DNA of 64,000 bases from a virus. Of the stretch, positions 38,340 through 47,480 are shown piece by piece; positions within the stretch are counted from its first letter, which is position 1, and the number at the start of each line of letters is the position of its first letter. The stretch is from positions 89,214-153,213 of IMG/VR virus record IMGVR_UViG_3300045125_000140. One strand, written 5' to 3'. The notes below the pieces were generated by a model. It was not told the origin of the DNA and made no database searches. It saw only the letters and a list, made by a program, of their open reading frames with translations. The position numbers and the translations under genes are program-made.

Positions 38340-39574
38340 AGTCCAGAAGTTCCGGAAGTAAAGTTACGGCCTAAACCGGATCCAGGGTTACGGCTCGTCG
38401 CGCCGCTAAGCAGTGAAGCCAGCTGCGTGCCCATCATACCATATTGGAAAGCCTTGCCCAGTTTGGTGTCCGAGGCGGTTCTTCCGCCACCAGCCGGAAT
38501 GAAGTTAAGCGCTAGCGGCCCAAGCATAGACAACACGTGGAACGCCGGCTTAGTATTTAAGTCGGCGAGAGTCGCCGTAAGTCTATTGAGCGGGGTATTT
38601 TCGCGCTGCCCCATCTGAACTTTAAGGTCGTGAACCTGTTTTGGCGACAAGTTCTCCATGGAGCTTACCGCGATATTGTGCTCCATAGTTCCAGGAGCCG
38701 GGGTGAAGAATTTGCCGGAAGAGTCCTGGAGAACGGGCTGGCCGGTAGACCGGCGGATGAGGATCTCGTTCTGCCCGGACATCGTTTTAATGACATCTCC
38801 GGGATGAATTATATTTCCGGTGAGCTGACTGCCTCGAGCCGGCGCGGCTTCACCAGCATCACCGCGTGCCGTAAGGGCTTCCATAACGCCCTGACGTCCG
38901 ATCATATTTCTTCGGGCTTCTCTCAGGTCGGCTTCGGTAGCGCGATCGACCGCGGCGCGGGACCGAGCTCCGCTGAGTGCTGACTTGGCCGCTGTTAGGC
39001 GGAGTCCAAGACGGCGCAGCGGATTACGCTCTTCGGAGAGAACATCCTGATCGGCATCCTTAAATCCCTTAAGGGCGGACGCGGCAGCGCTGAGCCCGAG
39101 CTTGTCCGTGATCTTTTCTCCGTAAGTCCGCTGTCTTCCGCGATAACCGGATTCAACCGCCATAGCGCGGCGAGCGGCTTCGGAAACTTCCGGCGGAATT
39201 AATGGAACGCCGCCGCGACCGGCAGCGGGCGGAACTAGCGGGATACCGGGGCTCTGACCTAAAAAGGCTCGAGCAAAGTTACCCTTTTTGAGCATGCCGT
39301 TAACTTCGCCGGCCGTTCTCGGCAGGCGATGTTCGCTCTGGCGCTCTTTTTCCCTGTCGTCCATGCGACCCTCGTGATCTGGTTTTGCTAAAATTCCTGG
39401 GCTGCCTTCGCGCTGCCCCATCGCTTCAAGACGCTCCATCGGGGAGTCGGCTGCGCGTCTGATCGCAGCGGTCGATTCACCAGAACCGGCAACAGCGTCT
39501 CGTTGCGGGCCCGGTCTGCCCGTATCATAGTCGATGTAAACCGACGCGCCTTCGTAAGGAAACCGTCCGGGCAT
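38336..39574 (-). CDS. putative internal virion protein (Gly/Ala/Arg-rich)
   Basis: 412 aa within the head cluster; hydrophobic C-terminal segments. Confidence 0.65.
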   Translation of the reverse strand: MPGRFPYEGASVYIDYDTGRPGPQRDAVAGSGESTAAIRRAADSPMERLEAMGQREGSPGILAKPDHEGRMDDREKERQSEHRLPRTAGEVNGMLKKGNFARAFLGQSPGIPLVPPAAGRGGVPLIPPEVSEAARRAMAVESGYRGRQRTYGEKITDKLGLSAAASALKGFKDADQDVLSEERNPLRRLGLRLTAAKSALSGARSRAAVDRATEADLREARRNMIGRQGVMEALTARGDAGEAAPARGSQLTGNIIHPGDVIKTMSGQNEILIRRSTGQPVLQDSSGKFFTPAPGTMEHNIAVSSMENLSPKQVHDLKVQMGQRENTPLNRLTATLADLNTKPAFHVLSMLGPLALNFIPAGGGRTASDTKLGKAFQYGMMGTQLASLLSGATSRNPGSGLGRNFTSGTSGL

Positions 39575-40407
39575 CAGTCTTCGTCTTTAGAAGATTTTGA
39601 TCTGGGGTGCACGCTGCCCACGATCTTGCCAAAATTCATCGCGGACTTACCGGCTTCCGATATTGCGGCATCGTGCTCTTTAGCGGAGGACATGGCATCT
39701 TGAACGTCGATGAGCTCTTTTATGAGCTTCGGCGACAATCCTTCCGGGCCAATCTGGTGAAGCGTCTTTAGGACGTTTCCGGCGAGCGCCGGCTGAGCGG
39801 CGACTTCCGGAGCCATGCTGGCGATTGATTGGAAGTACATCGGAGTTCTGGGATTATCCTTAAGCTCCGGATGCTCCATCATTACCTTGCGGAGCGAGTT
39901 GGTTATCTCTTCTTCGCGCTTAGATTTGCGCATAAGCTTCATAACAAACGGGGCTGCAGAAAGAGCGAGGCCGCCGGCGCCAAGGAGCAGCGACGCTTTT
40001 TGATAATCGGACAGTCCGCCGCCGTCGGACGTATTGATTACGATTTTAGGCTGGTGCATGGCGTACGGGGCCGCCTGCATGGCATGCCCGGCACGAGCCG
40101 CAGTCTTTTTGAATTCGGAATCAAGTTCTTTCATGGCCCGAGTTATAGCGGGCATGACGCGCTCGACGGCGATCTTTTCCATCGGCGAGCCGTACTTACC
40201 GGCTAGCTCAAGAGCGCCAAGAAGCGAGTCAAAGGACTCGTCATCTTCGGCCAGAACCTCCATCGCTTCTTTGATAAGCCCCATGACCTTATCGGCTTCT
40301 CCAAAAGTCATGGCGGTCATAAAGTCCGAGGAGAACTTGCCGATCTCTTCTTCGGCGTGCTTGTCGAGACCGTCAATCAAGGCGGCGTATGTTTTGGAAA
40401 GGTTCAT
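39574..40407 (-). CDS. putative internal virion protein with K-x-A sites and a TM-like segment
   Basis: EKIAV, KKTAA, then ASLLLGAGGLALSAAPFVM. Confidence 0.7.
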   Translation of the reverse strand: MNLSKTYAALIDGLDKHAEEEIGKFSSDFMTAMTFGEADKVMGLIKEAMEVLAEDDESFDSLLGALELAGKYGSPMEKIAVERVMPAITRAMKELDSEFKKTAARAGHAMQAAPYAMHQPKIVINTSDGGGLSDYQKASLLLGAGGLALSAAPFVMKLMRKSKREEEITNSLRKVMMEHPELKDNPRTPMYFQSIASMAPEVAAQPALAGNVLKTLHQIGPEGLSPKLIKELIDVQDAMSSAKEHDAAISEAGKSAMNFGKIVGSVHPRSKSSKDED

Positions 40408-40416
40408 GTTCTTCTC

Positions 40417-41667
40417 TTACTGCTTGTAAACGACGGGTCGGAACGCGTCTCGGACACCCTGTCCAGCACCCTTAGCGGCGCCGAACAATCCGAGAAGAGC
40501 CGCCAAAGTTAAAACACTGCCCGGCTTAGATGCTAGACGAAAAGGCACTGAGGCCACGTCAAGCGCCAGCTCAGCCGGGCGACCCACAAAAGGGATCTTG
40601 CCGACTCCCTTAGATACCGCGCTTATGGCCGAGGTGGCCATGCGGCCTGGAGCTCCGGCAACGTCGTCAATAAGTCGACGGCTTCTATCTGCGCCGGACG
40701 CTACCGACGATATAAGACCGGCCAACTTCTCTACGAACTGATCCTCGTCGTGGCACACGAACGCGATCTTCTCGATATCCTCGGCAATATGCTTTTGCAC
40801 ATCGTCGCATGTTTTGAGCGACTTGATCCCCACGACCACCGCTGGACCGTGCGTGTCCATGAGCTTGAGTCTGTAGGAAAGCTTGTCCTCTTCGGAAATC
40901 TTGTTCTTAAGCGTGTCGAGAGCGATGCACAGCTTATGATTGCCGTTTACGACCTCATAAGGAACCTCGTCGCTCTTCGGAATCGGCTTAACTTTTGCCG
41001 TCTTGAGCATCGGATCCGATTTACGGACGCCGTCAAGAACCGATCCGAAAACAACGTCCCACATGTGGCCTGACGAGCGGTCGTAGTTGCACGCGAACTT
41101 ATGGAGATCGGCTACCGATCCGCCATTAAGGACGTGATTACGTGCGTACGTGGTCAGCCCGGTTAGATCCTGGCGGATACCCTCGCGGACCCCGGCAAGC
41201 TTGGACATCACGTTACGGCGATGCTTGACGAAGTATTCGCCGATCTTAACCATGTTGTTCATGGCGTGCTTAACGCGAAGGTCGGACATGACCGCGCTAT
41301 CGAGCACCTTCTCGGCCAGCTTTACCACCGTCTCCTTGTGCGCGTCGGTATTGATGAACTTGCGCATGGAGGTGGCTACCTGATGGCTAGCCACTTTTAC
41401 GGTTTCGGGCTGGTTGACTCCCAGCTTAGACAAAACGCCGTCGAGCGAGGCAACGTCGAACCGGAAGGTCCGGTCGGACGCCTGCTTCATAAGGCGCTCG
41501 TTTGTTTCGTGATTTGCGAGCTCAACTACTCGCTGAATCTGCATTTGGGAGAGTTCGCGCGCGGAAGCTATCTTGGCGATAGCCTCGTTAAGCGATGTCC
41601 CCTCCTTTATGAACATATTGCTAGCCTGGTTGGCTAGGGACAGGAATTCCATAGAAGGGTCAAGCAT
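40417..41667 (-). CDS. K-x-A-rich putative internal head protein
   Basis: Eight K-[TVILQR]-A sites; C-terminal hydrophobic VLTLAALLGLFGAA. Confidence 0.75.
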   Translation of the reverse strand: MLDPSMEFLSLANQASNMFIKEGTSLNEAIAKIASARELSQMQIQRVVELANHETNERLMKQASDRTFRFDVASLDGVLSKLGVNQPETVKVASHQVATSMRKFINTDAHKETVVKLAEKVLDSAVMSDLRVKHAMNNMVKIGEYFVKHRRNVMSKLAGVREGIRQDLTGLTTYARNHVLNGGSVADLHKFACNYDRSSGHMWDVVFGSVLDGVRKSDPMLKTAKVKPIPKSDEVPYEVVNGNHKLCIALDTLKNKISEEDKLSYRLKLMDTHGPAVVVGIKSLKTCDDVQKHIAEDIEKIAFVCHDEDQFVEKLAGLISSVASGADRSRRLIDDVAGAPGRMATSAISAVSKGVGKIPFVGRPAELALDVASVPFRLASKPGSVLTLAALLGLFGAAKGAGQGVRDAFRPVVYKQ

Positions 41668-41744
41668 TAACCGCTCCAGTTTGACCGGGCCGAGAGAAAG
41701 GACCGTATCACTAAAAGTATAAGGTTAATATTCCCTTATTCCTA

Positions 41745-43625
41745 TCAGTAACCCAGGTCTTCGGGATCAATATCGTGCAGAGCCGAGGCCATGGTCGGAT
41801 TTAACCTGCCGTAGAACAGCTGTCCGGCCATAAACGCGTAGTTGACCGAGTGGAAGGAATCGTCCGGATCGATGTGATCGTACTTAACCGTTCCGTGCGT
41901 TTCGTTATATTCCATATAAATAGACAGGAAATCTTGCTGGAAAGCATCGAACTCCTCCTGCCTAAAGAATTGAATAAACTTGCGCTTGATGGCGTCAATG
42001 CAATCGGACATCGAAGTATTGCGGTCTACGTGATATTTATTGGATTTAGCGTCGTAATGTATCTTGTCCTTTTGCCGCACGTACATAGCCTGTGCGAGAA
42101 CCCGTTCGCTGTTGACCCAGCTCCAACCGTACTCGGCAACTAATCTAGCGTTTTGATGGGCGCCAAATCCCCAGTCGGCCATGAGAAGTCGAACCCCGGC
42201 GGTGCTGCATATCGAGTTAATTACCGCCGGCTGCTTAGCTAAGTTGGCCTCCTGACCTACAAACTTCTTCATATACCGGACTTTAAACACATCGCGCTCG
42301 AAGTGTCCAATTGTGAGAACCGTATAAGACGGATTATCTCCTTCGCCTGTTCCGTGATCCAGCCCGCCAAACATCGGATATCCGTTGCGGGACAGGACTC
42401 CCAACTGTTCCGGGGTAAGCATGCTCTCTCCAGAGATGCAGGCAGCTCGAATGTCGTTACTGGTAAGAACAACCTCGCCTTCGTCGTACGGAAGCCCTAA
42501 ACACTCGTTATTAAACCTTAGTCGAGATATCTGCGGATCGTCGAGCTTTTGACGGATATCGGCGTGCGTTTTGAACGGCACAATAATTTGAGGAATTCTA
42601 AATCCCCAGCACCGGTCTAGAGCCTCGCGGTTAAGCGGCTCCCAATGCCCGTCCTGCTGAGGAAATATCTCCTTACCACACTTTGTACAGATGTAGCAGG
42701 TCAGCCCAATTATCTTCTCGTCGGGGTAGTTCCAATTACTGCAGCTCCTGCACGGAATCATCCACTCAAACTGACTTGATCGATTATATCTCTGCGTAAT
42801 CGTGTTACTGTTTGTTTTAGGCGTGCCGGCATAGCTGCGAACTCTGAGCCCTGTCTCCCAACCATAGTGAGACTGACACTCCTCGATAACCGGAATATTG
42901 TCGCTTAAAATATCTTGAATCTCGTCGATCATTAGGTGGTGCGCGGAAATACCGCGGCACCCGTCCGCGCTTATATAGCAGGATCTGAAGTTATAGAAGC
43001 TTCTATTTAGAAACTCCTTAGAGGTCACTTTCCATAAACCTTTGGATGTCCGGACGTACTTGTCCATCATTACCGGACTGTCCTCGACCATAGGTTTAAA
43101 TCTCTGGCTGGAGAATGTGTTGACCTGTTCGCCTCGAGGAGCGACGTACAGGCTCTTGTACGACGGAAACATCACGCCGAGAACTATAGCCTTAGCGGAT
43201 TGCGTTGTCGATTTCTCTACCTGACGCCCGGTATACCAGATCTGATTGCGGCAACCGATCGGGTATTTTTTGCAGAAATCATACAATGGCCTTAAATAAT
43301 TTCGATTATACGTAACGCCGCGCTCGCTGGCTATGAACTGAAATGGGCGGGTATCTACGTAGATCAGCCGCTCGACCATGTCGGTTATTTTCGCCGATAG
43401 AATCTCAGCGGCTTTGGAAGGCTGATCCATGAGGATCTTTGCCTGCTTTTCCAGGTCAGCCTCTTCTTGAGGATCCGGTTCAGTAAATACAGAATCCGGC
43501 ATTTGAGCCGCAAACCGGGCGCAAGTTACGTCTAAGCTCTCGTAACCCAGATCAGGTGAGGACGTCCGTACCTCAGAATTTCGCGGATCGATGGGCGTCC
43601 GCTTACCCAGTATTCTCCGCTCCAT
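41745..43625 (-). CDS. terL: terminase large subunit (lambda GpA-like)
   Basis: GRQVEKST Walker A, LMIDEIQD Walker B, AGTPKT, CxxC pairs, FNNECLGLPY, GGLDHG nuclease. Confidence 0.9.
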   Translation of the reverse strand: MERRILGKRTPIDPRNSEVRTSSPDLGYESLDVTCARFAAQMPDSVFTEPDPQEEADLEKQAKILMDQPSKAAEILSAKITDMVERLIYVDTRPFQFIASERGVTYNRNYLRPLYDFCKKYPIGCRNQIWYTGRQVEKSTTQSAKAIVLGVMFPSYKSLYVAPRGEQVNTFSSQRFKPMVEDSPVMMDKYVRTSKGLWKVTSKEFLNRSFYNFRSCYISADGCRGISAHHLMIDEIQDILSDNIPVIEECQSHYGWETGLRVRSYAGTPKTNSNTITQRYNRSSQFEWMIPCRSCSNWNYPDEKIIGLTCYICTKCGKEIFPQQDGHWEPLNREALDRCWGFRIPQIIVPFKTHADIRQKLDDPQISRLRFNNECLGLPYDEGEVVLTSNDIRAACISGESMLTPEQLGVLSRNGYPMFGGLDHGTGEGDNPSYTVLTIGHFERDVFKVRYMKKFVGQEANLAKQPAVINSICSTAGVRLLMADWGFGAHQNARLVAEYGWSWVNSERVLAQAMYVRQKDKIHYDAKSNKYHVDRNTSMSDCIDAIKRKFIQFFRQEEFDAFQQDFLSIYMEYNETHGTVKYDHIDPDDSFHSVNYAFMAGQLFYGRLNPTMASALHDIDPEDLGY

Positions 43626-44670
43626 TCTTGTCCTCCTTGAACATGTCCGAATAATCGTACGTAATCGGAGTTATCTCCCTCAGATACTCCGGAATTTCCT
43701 TGTTTGTCGAGCCCGGGTTGAGCTTTCCAAGATGATCGTCGACCTTAATTATCGCGCTAATAAGGCGGGTGGCCTCGATACGCGCGGTCGGGTCGGCGGA
43801 CGACGAGAGGTCTCGAACCTTGCTCTTCAGTGTCCGGCTGAGGTGCTGAAGCTCGGTTACGGTATTCTGCGCCAGGCGCGCCTGCACCATGAACTCTTCC
43901 GTCGACAGCATTGCGCTTTCTGCGTACGCTTGCCGGATCTTCGGACGCAGCCCGGATAGATACCAGCTTAAGTCGGCCGGCGTCATGAAACTCTTGTCGT
44001 GGAACATGTGCTGGTACAGCGCAAGCCCGTTAGTCGAGATCACCTTCGACCCTACGGCATGAGTTATTAAATTGACTTTAGCGTCGTTCGGCGCCGAGTG
44101 CGACCAAACAACCTGATTAATGAAATGCATCAAATCAGGGTCGTGGAAGTAGAAGTCCTCCAGGACAACGGGATCTTGGTAGACGCCGGCAATTCCGACG
44201 ATTGCCAATAGAGTTTCTAAGAGTCCGGATTCGGTTTCGTTCTTGGGCCCTCGCGACTCACCGATCATCTTAAGCATCGGGGGCGGAACAACCGATAGGA
44301 TAAGTTTCCGCATTCCAGAAACGTACTTTGAGGTTAGATTCTTATTCTCGATTCCTCGGCTCGAGAAGTCATCAAGAACTTCCGCATCGGTCGAAGTCAG
44401 GATCTTTAAAAACAGGTGCCGATGATACGGAGATCTGGTAGTTTTAATCGACCAGGGGCAGAGAGCCGCCATCTTGAGGACGGCGTCATCCTCGGGCGAG
44501 ATCACGTATTTTACTTTTCCGTGCTCGCTAAATGCCTCCAGGCTCACCAACTTTAATCGGTCGGTGAGCCTTCTAAGCGTTGTGTCCGTTATCCCGTACT
44601 TTGCCAGCAGTGCGGGGCGTGACAACTCTTCCGGCTTAGCCGGTTGCTCGCTCCTGCGTTTCGACGGCAT
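43603..44670 (-). CDS. candidate terminase small subunit / HTH protein
   Basis: Immediately upstream of terL; N-terminal LLAKYGITDTTLRRL HTH-like segment. Confidence 0.4.
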   Translation of the reverse strand: MPSKRRSEQPAKPEELSRPALLAKYGITDTTLRRLTDRLKLVSLEAFSEHGKVKYVISPEDDAVLKMAALCPWSIKTTRSPYHRHLFLKILTSTDAEVLDDFSSRGIENKNLTSKYVSGMRKLILSVVPPPMLKMIGESRGPKNETESGLLETLLAIVGIAGVYQDPVVLEDFYFHDPDLMHFINQVVWSHSAPNDAKVNLITHAVGSKVISTNGLALYQHMFHDKSFMTPADLSWYLSGLRPKIRQAYAESAMLSTEEFMVQARLAQNTVTELQHLSRTLKSKVRDLSSSADPTARIEATRLISAIIKVDDHLGKLNPGSTNKEIPEYLREITPITYDYSDMFKEDKNGAENTG

Positions 44671-46387
44671 TTTGGAGCTCCCTCAAATCTCGCTCAATTG
44701 AGTCGAGCGCGTACATCGCTGTGCGCAACGGTCGCGAATCGACATCAAGACCCAATCGAGAAGCGAGCAAGAGCTTAGCCACCACGTCCTTGGCTTCTGA
44801 GATCTGCTCGGTCTTATCGATGAACTTGTGGAGGTTTTCGGGCGTAAGGAAGTTCAAACCCAACACCGCGTCAATCGTTGTTCTCGATTGATCGTCCGTA
44901 ACTGCAGCTACCTTAATGTGGTATCCGTTGCCCGCCGGGAACGAGAACGAGCTGCACGGAACTATGTAAGTAGCTTCGCGCAGGAGATTAACCGGCGCAA
45001 CTTTATCCGACGCAATTTTAACTACCGGGGCCTCGGGCGTAGGCCAAGTCGCGGAAAGGTGAAGCTCTCCTCCATCCTGGATAGCTTCGAGAACCGCGCG
45101 CACTTCGTTCTTCGGGAACCGCTCAACAAGGAACTGTGCGGTCTTCTCGATCGAATGACCGTCCTTCGGGAACCCGTCAAGACCGGAGATGCTCACGCGG
45201 CCGTCAAAGCAGGCCATGTGCACATAGTCTCCGTAATGCTGCTGGGTCAATTCCGCGTCGGTCGAATTAAGGGGTTCGACCTTACGGGCCGTCTTCACCC
45301 AGCTCCAATCGAGGGGAAGGGCAAGGTTGGTCCCGTCGCCTACCGGCGCCTTAAGGCTAGCCGATTTGATAAGGTTAACGTGACGGCCGAAGCTGTCGGT
45401 CGTACCCCAACCGAAGTCGGTCGTGTACTTAATCTTGAGAGGCTCGGTGGCCAGGATATGCTCACCCGCAATCTTGACGAACACGCCGGTGTCACCAGAC
45501 TCAGGCATAACATGGGGAATCTCGGTGTCGGCCGAGCACGGTGCTACCGAGATGCCGATATCCTTACGGAAGTGCGTGTAGCTGGCGTGCTTGTCCAGAC
45601 CAACAACGAGGCCGCGGTTATCCTTAACCTGACCCTCGCTATCGAATACGTAGTCCGCGACCATTGCGGGAATTTGACCGAACTGTGTCGCGACGGTAAA
45701 CACACCGGCGGTGGCTTTCTTTTCGAACGGACGAGCGGTACGAACCTTTAGGTGGCCGAGACCCTTGCCTCTCCACGAATTGTCTTTCGCGACTTCCTTG
45801 GGCTGCATAGCCATAAGGCCGCGGAGAACGTCTTGTACAGCCGCGTTCTTAACTAGTGCCGCCTTAAATTCGTACTGATTATCAAACGTCTTTGCGACCG
45901 CCTTCTCAAATACCGACTTATCGAAAACCTGCTCAGCGAGAGACGCGTACGTATACTTGCCGTCAAACGGGGGCTGCGAACGACCGTAGAGAGACTGGTC
46001 GGTCATTTCGCCCTGACCAGGCGTGGTCGGCTTACCGAGCTTCGTGTCCTGAAGGGTGGACTCGAGCGACGTACGAGTGAGGGGATAGAGCTTCCCTTCG
46101 AACTGGAATACGTCAAGAGGGGCCATCTTGAACTTATCGATAATGATCGGGATCAATACCTTATCATCGATGGCGATCGAGCCGATACCCGCGCCCATCT
46201 CGCCGTCTACCTTGGTCATGTAGATAGCGATGTTGTGCTCTTGAATAAACGGGTGCTCGCGGTGCAGCGCTTGCGAGATATCCTGCTGCCACGAATTTGA
46301 ATCGCGGCTAAGGGTAATAGTCGCAATTTTCTCAAGGCCCTTGTACGCGGCCTGCTTTACGAAGAGGTCGGATTTTTCGTATAACAT
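44636..46387 (-). CDS. K-x-A-rich protein, putative prohead core component
   Basis: 583 aa, eight K-[TVILQR]-A sites. Confidence 0.7.
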   Translation of the reverse strand: MLYEKSDLFVKQAAYKGLEKIATITLSRDSNSWQQDISQALHREHPFIQEHNIAIYMTKVDGEMGAGIGSIAIDDKVLIPIIIDKFKMAPLDVFQFEGKLYPLTRTSLESTLQDTKLGKPTTPGQGEMTDQSLYGRSQPPFDGKYTYASLAEQVFDKSVFEKAVAKTFDNQYEFKAALVKNAAVQDVLRGLMAMQPKEVAKDNSWRGKGLGHLKVRTARPFEKKATAGVFTVATQFGQIPAMVADYVFDSEGQVKDNRGLVVGLDKHASYTHFRKDIGISVAPCSADTEIPHVMPESGDTGVFVKIAGEHILATEPLKIKYTTDFGWGTTDSFGRHVNLIKSASLKAPVGDGTNLALPLDWSWVKTARKVEPLNSTDAELTQQHYGDYVHMACFDGRVSISGLDGFPKDGHSIEKTAQFLVERFPKNEVRAVLEAIQDGGELHLSATWPTPEAPVVKIASDKVAPVNLLREATYIVPCSSFSFPAGNGYHIKVAAVTDDQSRTTIDAVLGLNFLTPENLHKFIDKTEQISEAKDVVAKLLLASRLGLDVDSRPLRTAMYALDSIERDLRELQNAVETQERATG

Positions 46388-46466
46388 ACGGTATTGCCCG
46401 AAAAGAGAGTGGGCCCTACCTTAAGTTTATCCGTAATTTTTCTAAAATCCGCCTACGGGGTAAAAC

Positions 46467-46859
46467 TTAACTGGCGAATACCGACGGAAACGATGCCACG
46501 GCAATGTTCACCTCGTGAAAAAAGTCTATATCCAGCGGGTTAGGGTGAACAAAATACTTGTCGCCGGCTTTAACTACCGGAACCCCGTTTACAAATACTT
46601 TGGCCGGAACGGATAATCCTGGGTCAGGAAGAACTGGAACCAGCCCGTCTAGTGTATTAGCCAGCACTCCTGGGCTGGTCGGCCCAGCATATGTAAATCC
46701 CGTGTGGCCGGTAGACGGATCGGCCCAGGTGGTCATCGGAACTCCGTTTATAAATACGGGAGAGACGCCCCGAGTGAAGTGATCGTTAACCGTAAGCCCG
46801 ACAACGCACTCTCCTGCGATTAAAGAGCCGGCGGTGCATATAGGACTAGCTACGGCCAT
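46467..46859 (-). CDS. PAAR-like spike-tip protein
   Basis: SPVFINGVP...GH...KVFVNGVPVVKAGD...HP. Confidence 0.6.
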   Translation of the reverse strand: MAVASPICTAGSLIAGECVVGLTVNDHFTRGVSPVFINGVPMTTWADPSTGHTGFTYAGPTSPGVLANTLDGLVPVLPDPGLSVPAKVFVNGVPVVKAGDKYFVHPNPLDIDFFHEVNIAVASFPSVFAS

Positions 46860-46860
46860 A

Positions 46861-47184
46861 TCACGTTATTTCAAGATAGGTGGCGTAGCAATCCAAGCGG
46901 TTTGCCGCCGATGCCTTCACCTTAAGAACGTCCGACGCCTGCAGCACCAACGACTCGGTAATCACCTGAAGCGTCGTCGATACGGGTACCGTCGCGCCCT
47001 TGATGATGTAGTAGTCCGTCGAGCTGTACGTCACGTACACGTCGATTGTTGCCGTCGCCGCCGTATCAATATTTGATACGTACAAGCTCTTGACGATCGA
47101 CGTGGTCAAAGACGGAACCGTGTATACGTTGGTTGCCGTAGTGGCGCTTAATTTTACGCCGGTTCGCTTAAATGTATTAGCCAT
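46861..47184 (-). CDS. small virion beta-sandwich protein
   Basis: MANTFK...VYTVPS...LVLQASDVLKV pattern common in phage fibre clusters. Confidence 0.6.
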   Translation of the reverse strand: MANTFKRTGVKLSATTATNVYTVPSLTTSIVKSLYVSNIDTAATATIDVYVTYSSTDYYIIKGATVPVSTTLQVITESLVLQASDVLKVKASAANRLDCYATYLEIT

Positions 47185-47480
47185 TAGTTACTCGGAAATT
47201 GGTATCCGGGCGGCACGGTGCCTAGTTCCCAGCCGCCGAGCGCCATACGATCTTCGTACGGCACGTAGGGAAGCCCGAAGAAGCTGCACGCGTCCTCTTC
47301 GGAATCGAACCAGTACCACCCGTCGACGGGCAGTGTATACGAATCCTTCTCTTCGCGGTAGAGCTCAAAATCTTTGTGCTTAACAAAATTTGGGCCGTGC
47401 GCGATGTAGGTTTCGTGTGACTTAAAGAAGCCATCCGGTTTATAGGAATAGCTATCCGGATTGATATCTGTATCAGCCAC
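47184..47480 (-). CDS. putative fibre-associated chaperone
   Basis: 98 aa, ...YTLPVDGWYWFDSEEDA..., directly after the fibre gene. Confidence 0.5.
   Translation of the reverse strand: MADTDINPDSYSYKPDGFFKSHETYIAHGPNFVKHKDFELYREEKDSYTLPVDGWYWFDSEEDACSFFGLPYVPYEDRMALGGWELGTVPPGYQFPSN

Noticed and set aside
44828-45751. 307-aa plus-strand ORF and similar antisense ORFs (e.g. 11968-12645, 21819-22496, 33760-34371)
   Set aside because: Shadows of clearly supported opposite-strand genes.
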